In this document: positions 16,493-33,800 of the stretch, piece after piece | How positions within the stretch are numbered: the stretch's first letter is position 1 | Layout of the letters: every line of letters starts with the position of its first letter | Origin: the human T2T-CHM13v2.0 reference genome, Homo sapiens | Reading direction: 5' to 3' (one strand) | Length of the DNA stretch: 64,000 bases | NCBI RefSeq assembly: GCF_009914755.1 | Contig: NC_060941.1 | The notes under the pieces: generated by a model | Seen by the model: only the letters and a program-made list of their open reading frames with translations | The model's database searches: none | What the model was told of the DNA's origin: nothing | Made by a program: the position numbers and the translations under genes

Positions 16493-17567
16493 CTGAGAAG
16501 GCCCTTGCCCTAACCTCATTCTTACACTTTCTTTTTTTGTTTCTCAGTTTCTCCTTAGACTCTCAGTCTCTTTTCCTTCTTTCTCTTGCTCTTTTGTTCT
16601 TCCTGATTTGTCTCTCAACCTCTAGTTTCACTAGTCATGCTCTCGAGTTCTGTTTTCCTCAGTGTCTTCTGCCCATCGTGCGTTTCTTTCTCCACCTTAT
16701 TCTGTGTTTCTGTTTCAGTTGCTCTGCTTCTCTCCCTCTCTTTCTGTTGCTGTTTCTCTGTGTCTCTGTCACTGTTGGTCTTTCCCTGTTACTTTGGGAA
16801 TCTCTCTGTCTGTCTTTCTGTATCTATGCCTCTGTTTCTCATTCCATCTCCGACCCTGTTTTGCTCTCCTGTGCCTCTGTCTGTCTCTGTCTCTTTTCCT
16901 GGTGCTTGAAGCTTCCATTGTTGCAGTCCGGATGCTGGGACTCCAGCCCCAAGCTTCCTGTCCTGGGACCCAAACCCTCCACTTCCTCAATCCTCTGCAG
17001 CTTGTCAGCCGAGGAGAGCAGGATGCAGGGAAAACAGGAAGGAGGTGGACTCCAGGGGTCTGGGCCTCGGGCCTCTCTGCCCTTCCTGCCCCTGGGTAGG
17101 GAGAGATGGGTCAGCAGAAAACATTCTAGGAGAAATGCCAGCCTGGCACCCAGCATATCTGGGAAGGGGGGTCCTGGGGGAGAAAGTCGCTAATCTTGGG
17201 GCAGAGATGCCAGTGGCAATGGTAGAGGAGGGGTACTGAGACTGGGAGGGAGCAAGGGCCGAGCCCTTGGGTTCGCGGGGTACAACAGAGTCACGTTCCC
17301 TTTGAATCTCCATCCTCCACCAGCCAGAGGGTATCTGGCACCAGATAAGGATGGCTGGTAGCCTCCTCCTCTCTCAGCACTTTGAATGCAAGACAGAAGA
17401 GCCCTCAAAGGGCTGGGTAGGAATACCTCATCCTCTGGTTGGGTAGGAATACTCCATCCTGTAGTGGAGGAAAATAAGATCCCCTAGGGGTTTGGGGAGG
17501 GCATGGCATGAGAATTTTGTGGTTGTCCTCTGGATATAATGCAAACTGGCCTCCAGGAATATCTAGG

Positions 17568-18179
<612 letters not shown>

Positions 18180-20842
18180 TTAGGTCCCCTTTGGATGACA
18201 CAGCCAAGGTCTGTAATGCCCCTCCCCCTTTCCTCCTTGCCTTGTCCTCCAGCCTCCAGCCATGCAATGGATGCAGGTATCTGGAGAGAGACGAGGGAAG
18301 CCTGGAGGTACCTACTGAGCAAGCTATGCCCGTGCCCTCCCACACCTCCTAGTCATCATAGAAGTAATCCCTTGCTGTGACCTGGGCCACATGGCACCAT
18401 GTAAAAGGCACTCTCTAGAGTTCTGCTGCAGCCCTGCAGGGTCTGTGGGTGAGATAAGACGACCAAGCCCCTACCCACCCATCTTTTTAGCCTTACACAG
18501 TCAGTAGGCCACTGTCTGCTTTAGGTCCCAAGGTTTGGGCCCACTGGCCCGCGAATAGCTTGGTCGAGGGTACCTGTCTATTTTTTCTGCCTTTTCCTTT
18601 TGGGGCTGAGTGTCAGCAGGTGGCTGGGGGAGGGTGGCCACTTGGCATGCCCCCTTCTTTGGCTGCTATGGTCCAGCTGCCTCCTGTTTGCCCCAGGGGC
18701 AGATCTCCCCTTTCCGTCTCCAGCCACCCCTGCCTGCCCTCCTGTCACAGCTTTCCATGTGCTGGCCAGGTTGTGGCTTAACACCACTGAGGCCACCAGA
18801 GATGAGGCGGGGCGTGTGCATCAAAAGTCCACACCTCTGCATCCTGGTACTGATCCTAGACTCATGGAATCTGGGGGAGTGGACAGCGGAAAGATCAGCG
18901 TTTGGACGGGGAGTTCCTAAGCTGGGCTCTCAGTCCCTTTGGGACAGGGTTAGGGAACAGGCAGGCTGGGTTAATTTTTAGTCAATGCAGCAAATTCTGC
19001 CCCCCTACTTCAGTACTGGGAATCCAGTTATGTCATGGGAACAAGGGCATTCCCAGAAATTCTGTGCCTTGTGGGGAGGGGGAGGGAGGAGCATGGCCGC
19101 TTCCCATTTTTAATTTAGTACTGGCAAAGCTAGCAGTATTGGTGCCTCGGGTATCAGGAGTCTTTCCACTTAAAGACAGAGTGCTGCAGAGCTAAGTCTC
19201 TCCTCCTCCCCTTCCACCCAGTCTACTTCATTTTCCTAATTTTTAAAGTGGGGAGGGCAACAGGACCTGCCTCACAGGGTTGGGGCGTCTGGCATCGGGT
19301 AAGAGCTCAATAAATTGAAGTGATGAGGAAGATGGTGATGAAGAAGCTGATGCTGGGACTTAGGGAAGCGGTAGGACGAGGGAGCAAATTTGGGGCAACA
19401 TTCAGAGGAGTTGAGAGGGGTGGGGTGGCCTTTGGTGCATTTTGCTGCTGTCAACATGGGAAGAACAGGCCAAGTTGCCTTATCTGTTTTTTATTCTGAG
19501 GCTGGCAGCATGACACAGCTGTTGGGGGTGATACCCCTTGAGCCAGACCTCAGAGAAAGGGCCTGGTACCCAGCACCAGCGGTCTTGGCTTCTCCAGCTA
19601 GAGTCTAGGGGAAGAGGGAAAAGACCTTTCTAGCAGGACAGGTGGGTGACCCTCTGGATCACAGCTGAAACTTCTGGTCGGGATGGCTGGGCCCACTCAG
19701 TTCATAGCCTAGGTGTCTCTCGAGGGCCAGGGGCTGGCGTTGGGGAGAAATTGTGAGGGTAAAATCAGGCAACAGGAAAGAGGAAATCCTCTGGCTTTCG
19801 CCACAAACTTTGCAGCCGGTGGTGCCAAAGCCGTGTGGCCTCTTCTCTGGCGCCTTCCCTTCCTCTGCTGCTGGAGCAAAGACCGAGGTTTCCCCTATAG
19901 TCAGATGTCAACTGGCTTAGCTCCAAGCTGGGCGCTGTAGGAGGACCAAGCCTACTTGGAAGTCCCATCTCCCAAACAAGCTTTTTGGAGGTCAGACTTT
20001 TCAGGGGAATAGGTCTGACTCCACTCCTGCTCAGAGGGGAACCCACAGGCATTGGAATTTCTCCAGAGGGCACTACCAGGATGAGTAGCACCAGGTGGCT
20101 GGAACTCTTGTGTGAGCAGGGAAATAGCAAGTATTTAGCCAGTTTTGGAGATGAGAAGGTTAACGTTATCAAGAGACTCAATGCTATAACCCTTACCCCC
20201 ACAAAAACCTGGTGCTTAGGGGTGGATCCTGGGGTGGCTCTTCAGTCTGCCAGTTAAGCAGGGTTGGGCAAGGAAAAGTTACAGATTACATGGAAAGTCA
20301 ACAAACCACGGTGCAGAGAAGCTGTTGAAGTCAGCGTGCCCTGCCCTGGCTCTGTGTCTCTGACCAGGGCAGGGTCAGAGTGCCCAAGTGCATGTGGGTA
20401 AGGCACATGTGGATGAATGTGTGTCTGGACACGTGATTGTTTGTGTACACTTGCAGTTCTTGAGCCTGAGCCTGTCTGTGTGAGTAGGCAAATACGGATT
20501 TACCCTGTGTCCCCATGAGACTAAGGAGGGAGCTACTCTCCCTATCTGGTGGGTGCTACTCCGTGTAGACATGAACTGGGGATAAGTAGGATGGCTAGTG
20601 GGGAACCTAACAAGGGAGAAGCCAGGCAGTTTGCTGGCTTAGCTTTTCGTAGGTAACCCTCTGATGTGACATGGGGCCATACCAACCCAAGAGCATAAGC
20701 CATGCCTCTGGACTCACCCTGTGCCCCATGCAGCCCTAGGCTTCAGTGAGCATACCTAATCCTCCTTAATGGTAAACATCCCAAATATCCATTAATAATC
20801 CTCTGAGGGTTAGTTATTTGTGAACTTTGACTCGTAAAAGCT

Positions 20843-23638
<2,796 letters not shown>

Positions 23639-24489
23639 CATTTGGATGGAGTTTTTCTTGAGCTCAGATAGAGCCTTCAGGAGATCCCACAGAGGGGTTG
23701 AAGGTCCAGCCTCATCACTCCCGTCTCCAGATCCCTGGTGCCCTGGTTCTGGGCAACCCCTATGGACTTTGGATGGAGTCTGAAGTCTAAGAATGGGAAA
23801 CTTCGAGGTGGGGGACTGAAGGAATGTGTGAGGCTGTTCTTGTGGTCCTGGGGCCACACAGGTTGTGTTACACACACACTCACACACACACTCACTCTTC
23901 CTCATGCAGGCGGATACACTAACTCCCACTTCTCTCCCACTCAGCCAATGGGGAGAGCCTTTTGGGCTAGAGTTCTCATTGCTCATGGAAACTCTGATTC
24001 AGGCCATTTGGAAGAGGGCGAGCAGAGTCCACAGCCCTGGGGATCCCCTGGCTGGCTCAGCCAGACACCGAAAAAATCAGGAGAGGCAACAGGGAGAACG
24101 ATCAGATGGAGAGGGGAATGGTGGGAGCTGAATGGAAAGGGGACAGGATCCAGCAGGGGGTCCCCCTGCCTGCCTCAGACCTCCCTGCAGGGCCCAGGGG
24201 ACCCTCCTGCCATCTGGGCAGCTGCAGCTGGTGACTCATCTGAGCGCTGGCCTGAGTGGGGTGAGGGACAAGTCAAGGACTTCAAGAGGAATATTCTCCT
24301 GAGAGATCCAGGGGAGAGGGGAGGAGGTAGGGGGCTGCTCTTGTTTCTTCCCGCTCCCCAGGCCCCCTGCTCTTCTCCAGCGCCAAGCCGAAGAATCCCC
24401 AGGAAGGAGAACGTGGGTGGGAGGCTGGGTTGGTGTGACACTCTGACCTCTTCCGGTGCCGACCTCTCCTTATCGCTACCTGAATACAG

Positions 24490-24647
24490 ACAAGGACGAG
24501 GGTGACCACCCCAACAACAGCTTCAGCCCCTGTAGCGCCCATGACCGCAGGTGCCTGCAGAAGCACTTCGCCAAAATTCGAGACCGGAGCACCAGTGGGG
24601 GCAAGATGAAGGTCAATGGGGCGCCCCGGGAGGATGCCCGGCCTGTG
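24490..24647 (+). CDS. IGFBP4: IGFBP4 exon 2 (linker domain; N-glycosylation sequon NNS; PAPP-A cleavage region GKM/KVNG)
   Basis: acag|AC AAG GAC... [15 protein letters not shown]...DARPV|GTAAG; 158 nt; phase fits exon 1. Confidence 0.98.
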
Positions 24648-25434
24648 GTAAGGACCTCCGATGCACAAATGTGCATGTGCATAGACACACACACACACAC
24701 ATGCCCCCTGCCCCCCACATGCACGCACCCACACACACCATCACCACCAGATCTGGGGCGTGTTCATTCAGCACACATTCTAGGGTGACTACTGTGTGCA
24801 AGGTGCAACTAGTGTGAGTCATCAGGACCCAGAGAAAGCACTCATTCCCTTCCTTGGGATTCCTTTCCTGCCCATCAGTTATATACATCGGGGCAGCTTA
24901 AGTGATTATTAAATACTGAAAAACTTCTATACCAATTGGTAAAAAGCAGTTACCCAAAGCGCCCTGGGGTTTCTTGGCCTTTTTTGGATTCCCCACCCCA
25001 GACCTTCTCAGTAACCAAAGGGTAATGCTGGCCATAGCAGGGGGCCTGGGACCCTGCTCCAGGGTCTGGCTAATTTCCCTTCTGAAGGTCTTACAAGTTG
25101 TCAGTTGGAAGTTTTATCTGTCCCTTCTGCATAGAAATCACCCCCTCCCTGGCTTTCTGCATAGGTTCCCACAGCCCCTTTCCCCACAGTGTCCCCTCAC
25201 TTCCCACCCCTCCTTTGAAGAAGCTCTTTGGCTCGAGACCCTTTCCTCCACGTCTCTACCCTCCCAGTGTGTCCTCCAGACCCAGGCCTCTCTCTTCACC
25301 TCACTGGGTCCTGCCCAGCCCCTGGGGCTCAGGCCTCCTTTCGGGGCCTTCAGTTCTCACTTAGCTCTGACCCCAGGCCTGGGCCTCCTGCCTCTCTTCC
25401 TTCTGCTGAGCAATTTTGTCTTCCCCTCCTCCAG

Positions 25435-25569
25435 CCCCAGGGCTCCTGCCAGAGCGAGCTGCACCGGGCGCTGGAGCGGCTGGCCGCTTCACAGAGCCGC
25501 ACCCACGAGGACCTCTACATCATCCCCATCCCCAACTGCGACCGCAACGGCAACTTCCACCCCAAGCAG
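25435..25569 (+). CDS. IGFBP4: IGFBP4 exon 3 (thyroglobulin type-1 domain, first part)
   Basis: ccag|CCC CAG GGC: [13 protein letters not shown]...[13 protein letters not shown]|GTGGG; 135 nt. Confidence 0.98.
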
Positions 25570-26599
25570 GTGGGTCTCTGTCTCCCGCTGGCTTGGCCCT
25601 GGACTCAGCTCTGGGGCATTTCCGGCCTCTCCGCAGGATGGTCCTGGATGGAGATCTCAGGAAGGGGAAACTCCTCAACCCCAACCCAACCCCTTGGAGC
25701 CTCCCTAAACCTACCTCAGCGTCAGAACCTCACTCATTTTGGAGATGAGGAGACTGTGATCCAGAGAGGAGTAAAAGCGCCGGGCTAGTCCAGAGTCATA
25801 GAACAAGTTAACAGCAGATCTTGCCTCCCTATCCAGGGCAATTTCCCTCACCCCTGGATTTCACCATCTGTGGTGCAGACCTAGCAACCCTGACAACCTC
25901 TGGCTCCCAACACTCTCTCATTCACTCTACTCTATTCGTATGAGTAATTCCTCCTGTCACTGAGTGAGGTTTCTTCTGGGAATGGAGGGCCAAAGTCATG
26001 AGGAGTCAGGGAGGAAACTCAGCCTACCCCTCCCTGCAAGGCGAGTAGCAAAACCACCTGGGGTACAGCAAGAGTGAAGGTAAAACCAGATTGGACGGTT
26101 GGAGACAGGCACTTTGGGTAGAAGCAGAGGAAGGAGTGGGGCAGGAGAGAAGACACAAAGGCAGCAACTTCCCTATTCCTTCCTGCCCTTGGAAGCTGGG
26201 GTCCTCTGACAAGCCTCCAGGAGGCTGGGATGGTCAGCAGGGTTGGCCTCTTCCAGTCTATCTCTGGCCCATCAGAATGGGTGGCCTGTCTGGGCAGGGC
26301 TCTGGTGTGCCTCCTGCTGGGTGTTGCCTGGGGAACCCTAGCCTGGAGCTCTTTGTCGACGTAGACAGACCCATTTCCCTGCTCCATGAGCTATAGACAA
26401 ATCCACAATTTGAGCTGCCACTCTGCCAGCAGAAGTCTAGATAGAAGGACAAAGGTTGCCCTGAGTCTGTGCATCCCAGGATGGCATGAAAAGGGTATGA
26501 GTGAAGGGACAGAGAGGGCACCCCAAAACCAATGCCCAGCCTATTTCTAACCTTTATCCTAACACGAATTTTATCCTTGTCCCAATTTAAAAAACTTTT

Positions 26600-27280
<681 letters not shown>

Positions 27281-27955
27281 GCTTCTTCCTCTGATTTTTA
27301 TCCCATTGAAAGTTCTGACACTTGAACTTTATCCCCAGACCAGTTCTGATCCTTAAGCTATCCTTCACTCCAAGATTAATTCTCACACTGAAATATACAT
27401 TTGCGCCCCCTGAACCTTCTACTATCTAATTTTGACCCAAAATTTAGCTTAACTTTAGTTATTCTGACCTTGACCTCTGTCTTTATCCCAATTGTGTTTT
27501 TACCTGGGCTTTAACCCTCACCCAACTCATCCAGCTCAACTTTTAGTCATATTTCCTCATTCAACTGCAACTCTTACCCTGGTCCTACCTTAATCCCAGC
27601 TTGGATCCACCTCATAACTATAATCCCATTCTTAAAGTCCCAACCCAATCAGAATATGTACCCAAAACATCTCCAACCTGAACCCAGCCTTTCAAATCCA
27701 GCTGTGCCTTTAAACCCGAGGGCTTTCTTAAGGTCCTGCCTTCCAGAACTCTCTGGACCTTTCCTTCTTGACCATGTTCTCCCTGCTCCAGTGAGCTCAG
27801 AAGACCCATGCTCAAAAAAGAGTCACCACCCTCAGAGGCCATCTTGAAGCAGCGACCGTCTGACTTGGGGGCTGGGCTGGGCTGGGATTGGGGTGGGTCA
27901 CTTGGGGTCTCTTTTCCTGCGTCGGAACTGACCCCTCATGTCCTTCTCTTGGCAG

Positions 27956-28090
27956 TGTCACCCAGCTCTGGATGGGCAGCGTGGCAAGTGCTGGTGTGTG
28001 GACCGGAAGACGGGGGTGAAGCTTCCGGGGGGCCTGGAGCCAAAGGGGGAGCTGGACTGCCACCAGCTGGCTGACAGCTTTCGAGAGTGA
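27956..28090 (+). CDS. IGFBP4: IGFBP4 exon 4 coding part (CWCV motif to stop)
   Basis: gcag|TGT CAC CCA: [20 protein letters not shown]...LADSFRE*; total CDS 349+158+135+135=777 nt = 258 aa. Confidence 0.99.
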
Positions 28091-29235
28091 GGCCTGCCAG
28101 CAGGCCAGGGACTCAGCGTCCCCTGCTACTCCTGTGCTCTGGAGGCTGCAGAGCTGACCCAGAGTGGAGTCTGAGTCTGAGTCCTGTCTCTGCCTGCGGC
28201 CCAGAAGTTTCCCTCAAATGCGCGTGTGCACGTGTGCGTGTGCGTGCGTGTGTGTGTGTTTGTGAGCATGGGTGTGCCCTTGGGGTAAGCCAGAGCCTGG
28301 GGTGTTCTCTTTGGTGTTACACAGCCCAAGAGGACTGAGACTGGCACTTAGCCCAAGAGGTCTGAGCCCTGGTGTGTTTCCAGATCGATCCTGGATTCAC
28401 TCACTCACTCATTCCTTCACTCATCCAGCCACCTAAAAACATTTACTGACCATGTACTACGTGCCAGCTCTAGTTTTCAGCCTTGGGAGGTTTTATTCTG
28501 ACTTGCTCTGATTTTGGCATGTGGAGACACTCCTATAAGGAGAGTTCAAGCCTGTGGGAGTAGAAAAATCTCATTCCCAGAGTCAGAGGAGAAGAGACAT
28601 GTACCTTGACCATCGTCCTTCCTCTCAAGCTAGCCAGAGGGTGGGAGCCTAAGGAAGCGTGGGGTAGCAGATGGAGTAATGGTCACGAGGTCCAGACCCA
28701 CTCCCAAAGCTCAGACTTGCCAGGCTCCCTTTCTCTTCTTCCCCAGGTCCTTCCTTTAGGTCTGGTTGTTGCACCATCTGCTTGGTTGGCTGGCAGCTGA
28801 GAGCCCTGCTGTGGGAGAGCGAAGGGGGTCAAAGGAAGACTTGAAGCACAGAGGGCTAGGGAGGTGGGGTACATTTCTCTGAGCAGTCAGGGTGGGAAGA
28901 AAGAATGCAAGAGTGGACTGAATGTGCCTAATGGAGAAGACCCACGTGCTAGGGGATGAGGGGCTTCCTGGGTCCTGTTCCCTACCCCATTTGTGGTCAC
29001 AGCCATGAAGTCACCGGGATGAACCTATCCTTCCAGTGGCTCGCTCCCTGTAGCTCTGCCTCCCTCTCCATATCTCCTTCCCCTACACCTCCCTCCCCAC
29101 ACCTCCCTACTCCCCTGGGCATCTTCTGGCTTGACTGGATGGAAGGAGACTTAGGAACCTACCAGTTGGCCATGATGTCTTTTCTTCTTTTTCTTTTTTT
29201 TAACAAAACAGAACAAAACCAAAAAATGTCCAGAT
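28091..29235 (+). other. IGFBP4: IGFBP4 3'UTR (3' end approximate)
   Basis: Follows TGA; U-rich tract, A-rich element and GU-rich downstream element around 29180-29260. Confidence 0.7.
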
Positions 29236-30663
29236 GATTGTGTTTGGTTGATTTATTCTCAGTTAGACACAGGGATGCACCAGGGGTGGAGAGACGGGGA
29301 CAGATTTTGGGAGGTGAGTATTGTGTGGTCCCCAGACCTGTCTGTATGGTAAGGGACTGCAGAAGGACGGCCAATCCACCTTCCTCTTCCCTGCAACGGA
29401 AGTTTCCTAGGGAACTCCTTGGCTTCAAAGTCTGCGCTGTCTTTACTTAGACTCCTGGTGGGCAAACAATGGCTCCTGAAAGGGGGGCATGACCAAGGAC
29501 AGCCCTGTGGGGGCAGAGCTGTCTCTGGGATCAGCTGGCATGTGGGGCTGGGGCATTTCCTAGGGCATCGGGCGGACTGGGCTTGCATCTGGATTTGATT
29601 TATTAATTTGTTGGGGAGGGGCAGGGACACTGCCCTGCATTTGAGGAAAGGGGGTAGATGCTTCAGCACATTCCACAGCTCTGACTGCCGAGATCTCTGA
29701 CTCGGGCATTGTGCTGAGATTGGATTCTGAGGTTGGGAGGGGTTGACTTTGCTGTAGACTCAGTGCCAGCCACAGCTTCAGAGATTGTGCTCACATGGTA
29801 TGCCTGGACTCTTGGCCATCCTCCAAATGCCCCTCCCCTCCCACACCTCTGTGCCTTGTGTGTGTGTGTGCACGCATGTGTGTGGCAGGGGGTGGAGGGT
29901 CCGGGAGCAGAAGCTGATCTCTCGGTGGGGGCCTTTTTCCAGGAGGTTGCAGGCAGTCTGGAGACGCTGCATTGAGCCTGCCGCCCGCTGCGCGGGCTCC
30001 CTCCTATCTAGCTGTGTCCTGGATTCTCAGCCCCCTCCCCAGCTCCAGAGGCGCTTCCAGGCTTCTGATTTCACTGGGCCCCAACTTTGTTGGCACCTGT
30101 CCCGTCTGCATCTTGAGGCTGGGTCTGCAGTTCTGTCTCTCTAGCTCTGCCCCAGCAGCAAAGTCCTGCAGCCATCTGGTCTCCCTGAGGCACCACGGCG
30201 GCTGCCAGCAGCAGGAGATAAAGAACAAAGTGGTGTTGAGGGTTGCTTCCTCAGCCCCAGCCACTCTTCACAGAGTCCCCTCCTTCTGGAGCCCAGGCCA
30301 AGGCCTGTGGGGATGGGAGGTGGTGCACGCTGAAGATTAAGTTTTAGGTTTCAAGTTTAGGGAAAGTATCTCTTTCCCTAAGGCATCTTTTTCAACCCCC
30401 TTGTCTCTAGTCCCCTTCCCGATGCTCTAGGCTTGCACCCTTGGCAGTGGTGGTAGGAGGTCCTTTTTCTTTCATGGGCCTCCCAAAAAAGCCAAATTGG
30501 CTTGGAAGTAGCTGTGTGCATGGCCTGGGTGTAACTTCGTGACATACGTGCATTTGTGGAGTATGTGTGTGTGCATGCATGTGAGTATGACGCAGTGACA
30601 CCTGAAACGTGAGTGTATGGGCTTTTTGGGGGTGTGCATGCCTGTTTGATGTGTGAAGGGAAG

Positions 30664-30815
30664 GTGTGCCATTTGTGTGGTGTGTATATGTGGTGTGTGC
30701 ATTTGTGTGGTGTGCATTTGTGTGGTGTGTATATGTGGCGTGTGCATTTGTGTGGTGTGTATATGTGGCGTGTGCATTTGTGTGGTGTGCATTTGTGTGG
30801 TGTGTATATGTGGCA
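30664..30815. repeat. GT-rich minisatellite of interleaved ~15-bp units tgtgcatttgtgtgg / tgtgtatatgtgg(c/t)g
   Basis: Directly visible. Confidence 0.92.
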
Positions 30816-33800
30816 TGTGAACACGTGTGCGATGTGAGGAGAGAGGGAGTGAGACATTCACGGAGCACGCCTGTCTCTCCTGGCTGTGGATGACTGGACT
30901 CTCGCTCATTAGGTGATCCCACCTCAGGGTTTGTGGGGAGATGTCTGACACTAGAGAATGAACATGTGCTTTGGGGAGAGGACTTTCACATCCCACAGAA
31001 ACACTGCCCTGTCCAGGCTTCATGCCCACAGGATCCTGGAGCCAGGTCCTAAGTACCAAAAAGCAAATAAAAGCAGCTTCTTGTTTGCAGCTAGGCCCTC
31101 CCACCCTTGAAACGGTGGGAATACCCAAATGGTCTCTCTAGTTGCCACAGGGGTGTCAGCACCTCTGGGAGATGTGGGAGGGAGGTACTGGTGGCACCAC
31201 TAAACCTGGATGGACTTGAGAACTGAAGTCCTTGAGTGCTCTGTCCTGCCTCCTGGAGACATGTCATTCCCTCCCACTGACTTGGAGCAGGGGATGGGAC
31301 ATCCCGCCTGCCAACAACCCCTAGCTGATCTACATCAAGCATTTGGTTTCCATTTCCCAGCTCACTAATAGAGATCAAGCCCTGATGTTGGCTGGGGGTT
31401 GGGGGCTGGGTTTTCCACTGGCAAGAAGGTGGGGTGGGAGTAGGGAGGAAAAATGGAGACTTGAACTGATTCCAGCCTTGGATTCAGGTTGGGGAATCTC
31501 TGGAGAGCTGGCCAAGCCTCTGGGCCCTGCTTGCTCTTCAGGCCCTGAAGTTCCAGCCACTGCCATCTCCCACCTCTTTCCAGGAAAAGGCTGGTTGTCC
31601 TAACCCCGCTGTACCCTGAGCCACATTCTGCCACCAAGCTGCTCCAGGAATGTTACGAGGCATGCAGGATTTGGGATGCCTGCTCGGTCCTCTTTCCCAG
31701 TGTGGGGGGCTGTTATGTGGCTGTGTGGTAAATGGCCTGAAGTGTTACCTGACAGAGATTCCCCCTGTATTCCAGGCCTCTCTGACCTCGAAAGAGAAAG
31801 TCAAGGTGATGTGGTGGAATGGAGCTGGGAGGCAGGCTGGCCTCTGGGATGTTGGGTCAGGACCGTGGGGCAGACTTCTGGGCACACCCATGGAGGAGCA
31901 GACACTGCTGCAGCCAACCAAGGGTCTAATTAGATCCTCACTTCCAGAGTGACCTGTCCCCTCTTGTGTCTGAAGCTCCAGGGTTGGGGAGGGTGGGGTC
32001 AGGGAGTGTAAGTGGAGGGAGTAGCTGCAGATAATTAGAAACATGCTCTACCGAGTGAGCAGGCGCCACCAGGACCACCCCACCCCTCACCCCCACCCCC
32101 CACCTCTTTTCCTTAGGTCCCCAGCCCCCTTCCCTTCTACCTGGACAATTCCAGCCAAACTGGGGGAGGCGCTGGTGGAGCCTGGGAGCAGCAACTCGGT
32201 GGGATTGGCTTCCTAGGCCCTTACACAGTCTCTAAAGTGCAAACAACATATTTTTGCCATGCTATAGTATTTAATTACACATAAAAACAGAGCCATTAAG
32301 CTGAAATTAAACCCTTGTTGGAGTCACTTAATTCAGGGCATGACAAATTGCTTTCAGTGGAGGCGGCAGTGCAGTCCCCCAGGGAAAGATGGAGATTAGT
32401 GGCTTCCATGGCTGGCTGGGTCCCCTCCTTCTCTTGGTCCCCTTGCCAGCTCTAAATTCTGAAATTGGGGTCAGAACCCTTTTTCTGAAGACCACCCAAG
32501 CCAAGGGGAAGCCTCTAGGTTTGTTCAGGAGGATAGGAATAGAGGGTTGGGGAATCACAGAATCACTGTCCAACCCAGTTTTAGACAACCCAGTATATTT
32601 ATTGATGGGGAAGTCAAGGCCCAGACACCAAGGTTGTCCAGAGCCAGGATTAAAACTCTGGCACTAAGCCATAACTAGAGAGGCTGCTTTTTTTCCTCAG
32701 GCTTGTGTCCTTTGACCTTGGGCCTGAAGACAGAGGTTGAGGTTGGGGCCGCATGGATAAGGGGTGGGAACCAAGGCAGACCCTGGATGGGGAGGGCAGA
32801 CTTCTCCAGAACTAGATTCCCACCTGGTCAAAGTCTGGAGACAGTGGGGAAGGGAAAATGACCCTGGGGTTTGGGCTGTCGAGGCGGCCATCACTTCTGG
32901 TGGGCGGCCTGGAGCCCAGACTCTGGCATCAGGCAGATCTGGCTGCTGACCAGCTGAGTGAGGTTGGGCAGGTAAGACCTTTTGCTCCCGTGAGCCTCCG
33001 TTTTCCCATCTGTCAAATGGGAGTAGTAATTCCTATCTAGAGTTGTGGAGACCATTATATGGGCATGATGCATGAACAGGCTTGGGGCTGAGCTCACTAA
33101 GTTCTGTTAGACTTCCTTCTCCGGACTTCAGTTTCCTCATTTATAACAAGATCCAGCTGGGATCTGATGGCTTTTGGAAGCTTCGCTTGCTCTTTTTATG
33201 CTGGCAGCCCTTCGTCCTCCCTCTAGCCCCTTTCTTTCCTTCCCTTTCCTTCTTTCTTCTGTGGGTTGAATGTCTAACTAGGGACAGAAGTCTGGGTCTG
33301 TGGTCAGACGATTGGGTAGGAAAGGGAGGTCTGCACCCCCTAAGGTTTCCCTGCCCCATGTGGCCCTCCTGTGGCTGTGTGTGAGGCCCATCTGGAGGGT
33401 GAAAGGAGACCAAATGGGACAGGGGCCGCGCTCGGGGAGGGGCTTGGGGGTCCTGCAGCAAGGGCGGGCTGCTCGTTGTCTGTGGCCTCCCTCCCCATGT
33501 GTCCTCTATGATCTGGGAACCTGTTCTCCTGATTGGAAACAGATGGGTCTGCTGCGGCTGGAGGCCTAAGCTTTCTACTCACTCCATGTCCTCCCCCAGG
33601 AGAGGAGGCGGGGGTAGACCAAGGGCAAGTGGTGGAGGTGTGTGTGGGGTCCCTCTTCGCAGGGGCTGCGGGGGAGAGCCCTTCTTCCCTTCTCCGTCTC
33701 TCTTGTGGCCTGGAAACCTTTCTATTAGCCTACAGAGGGTGGCTGGCTGTGGACAGCCTCTCACTGAGGCATGGGTGGGCAGTTTGCTACCTTACCTGAT

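Noticed and set aside
23738-25788. 255-, 244- and 186-aa ORFs
   Set aside because: Intronic run-ons or alternative frames over IGFBP4 exons 2-3, with no domain signal beyond the true exons.
30378-31128. His/Thr/Cys-rich repetitive ORFs (HIYTPHKCT) and array-like appearance
   Set aside because: Translation of a GT-rich minisatellite; no unique spacers, so not CRISPR and not a metal-binding protein.
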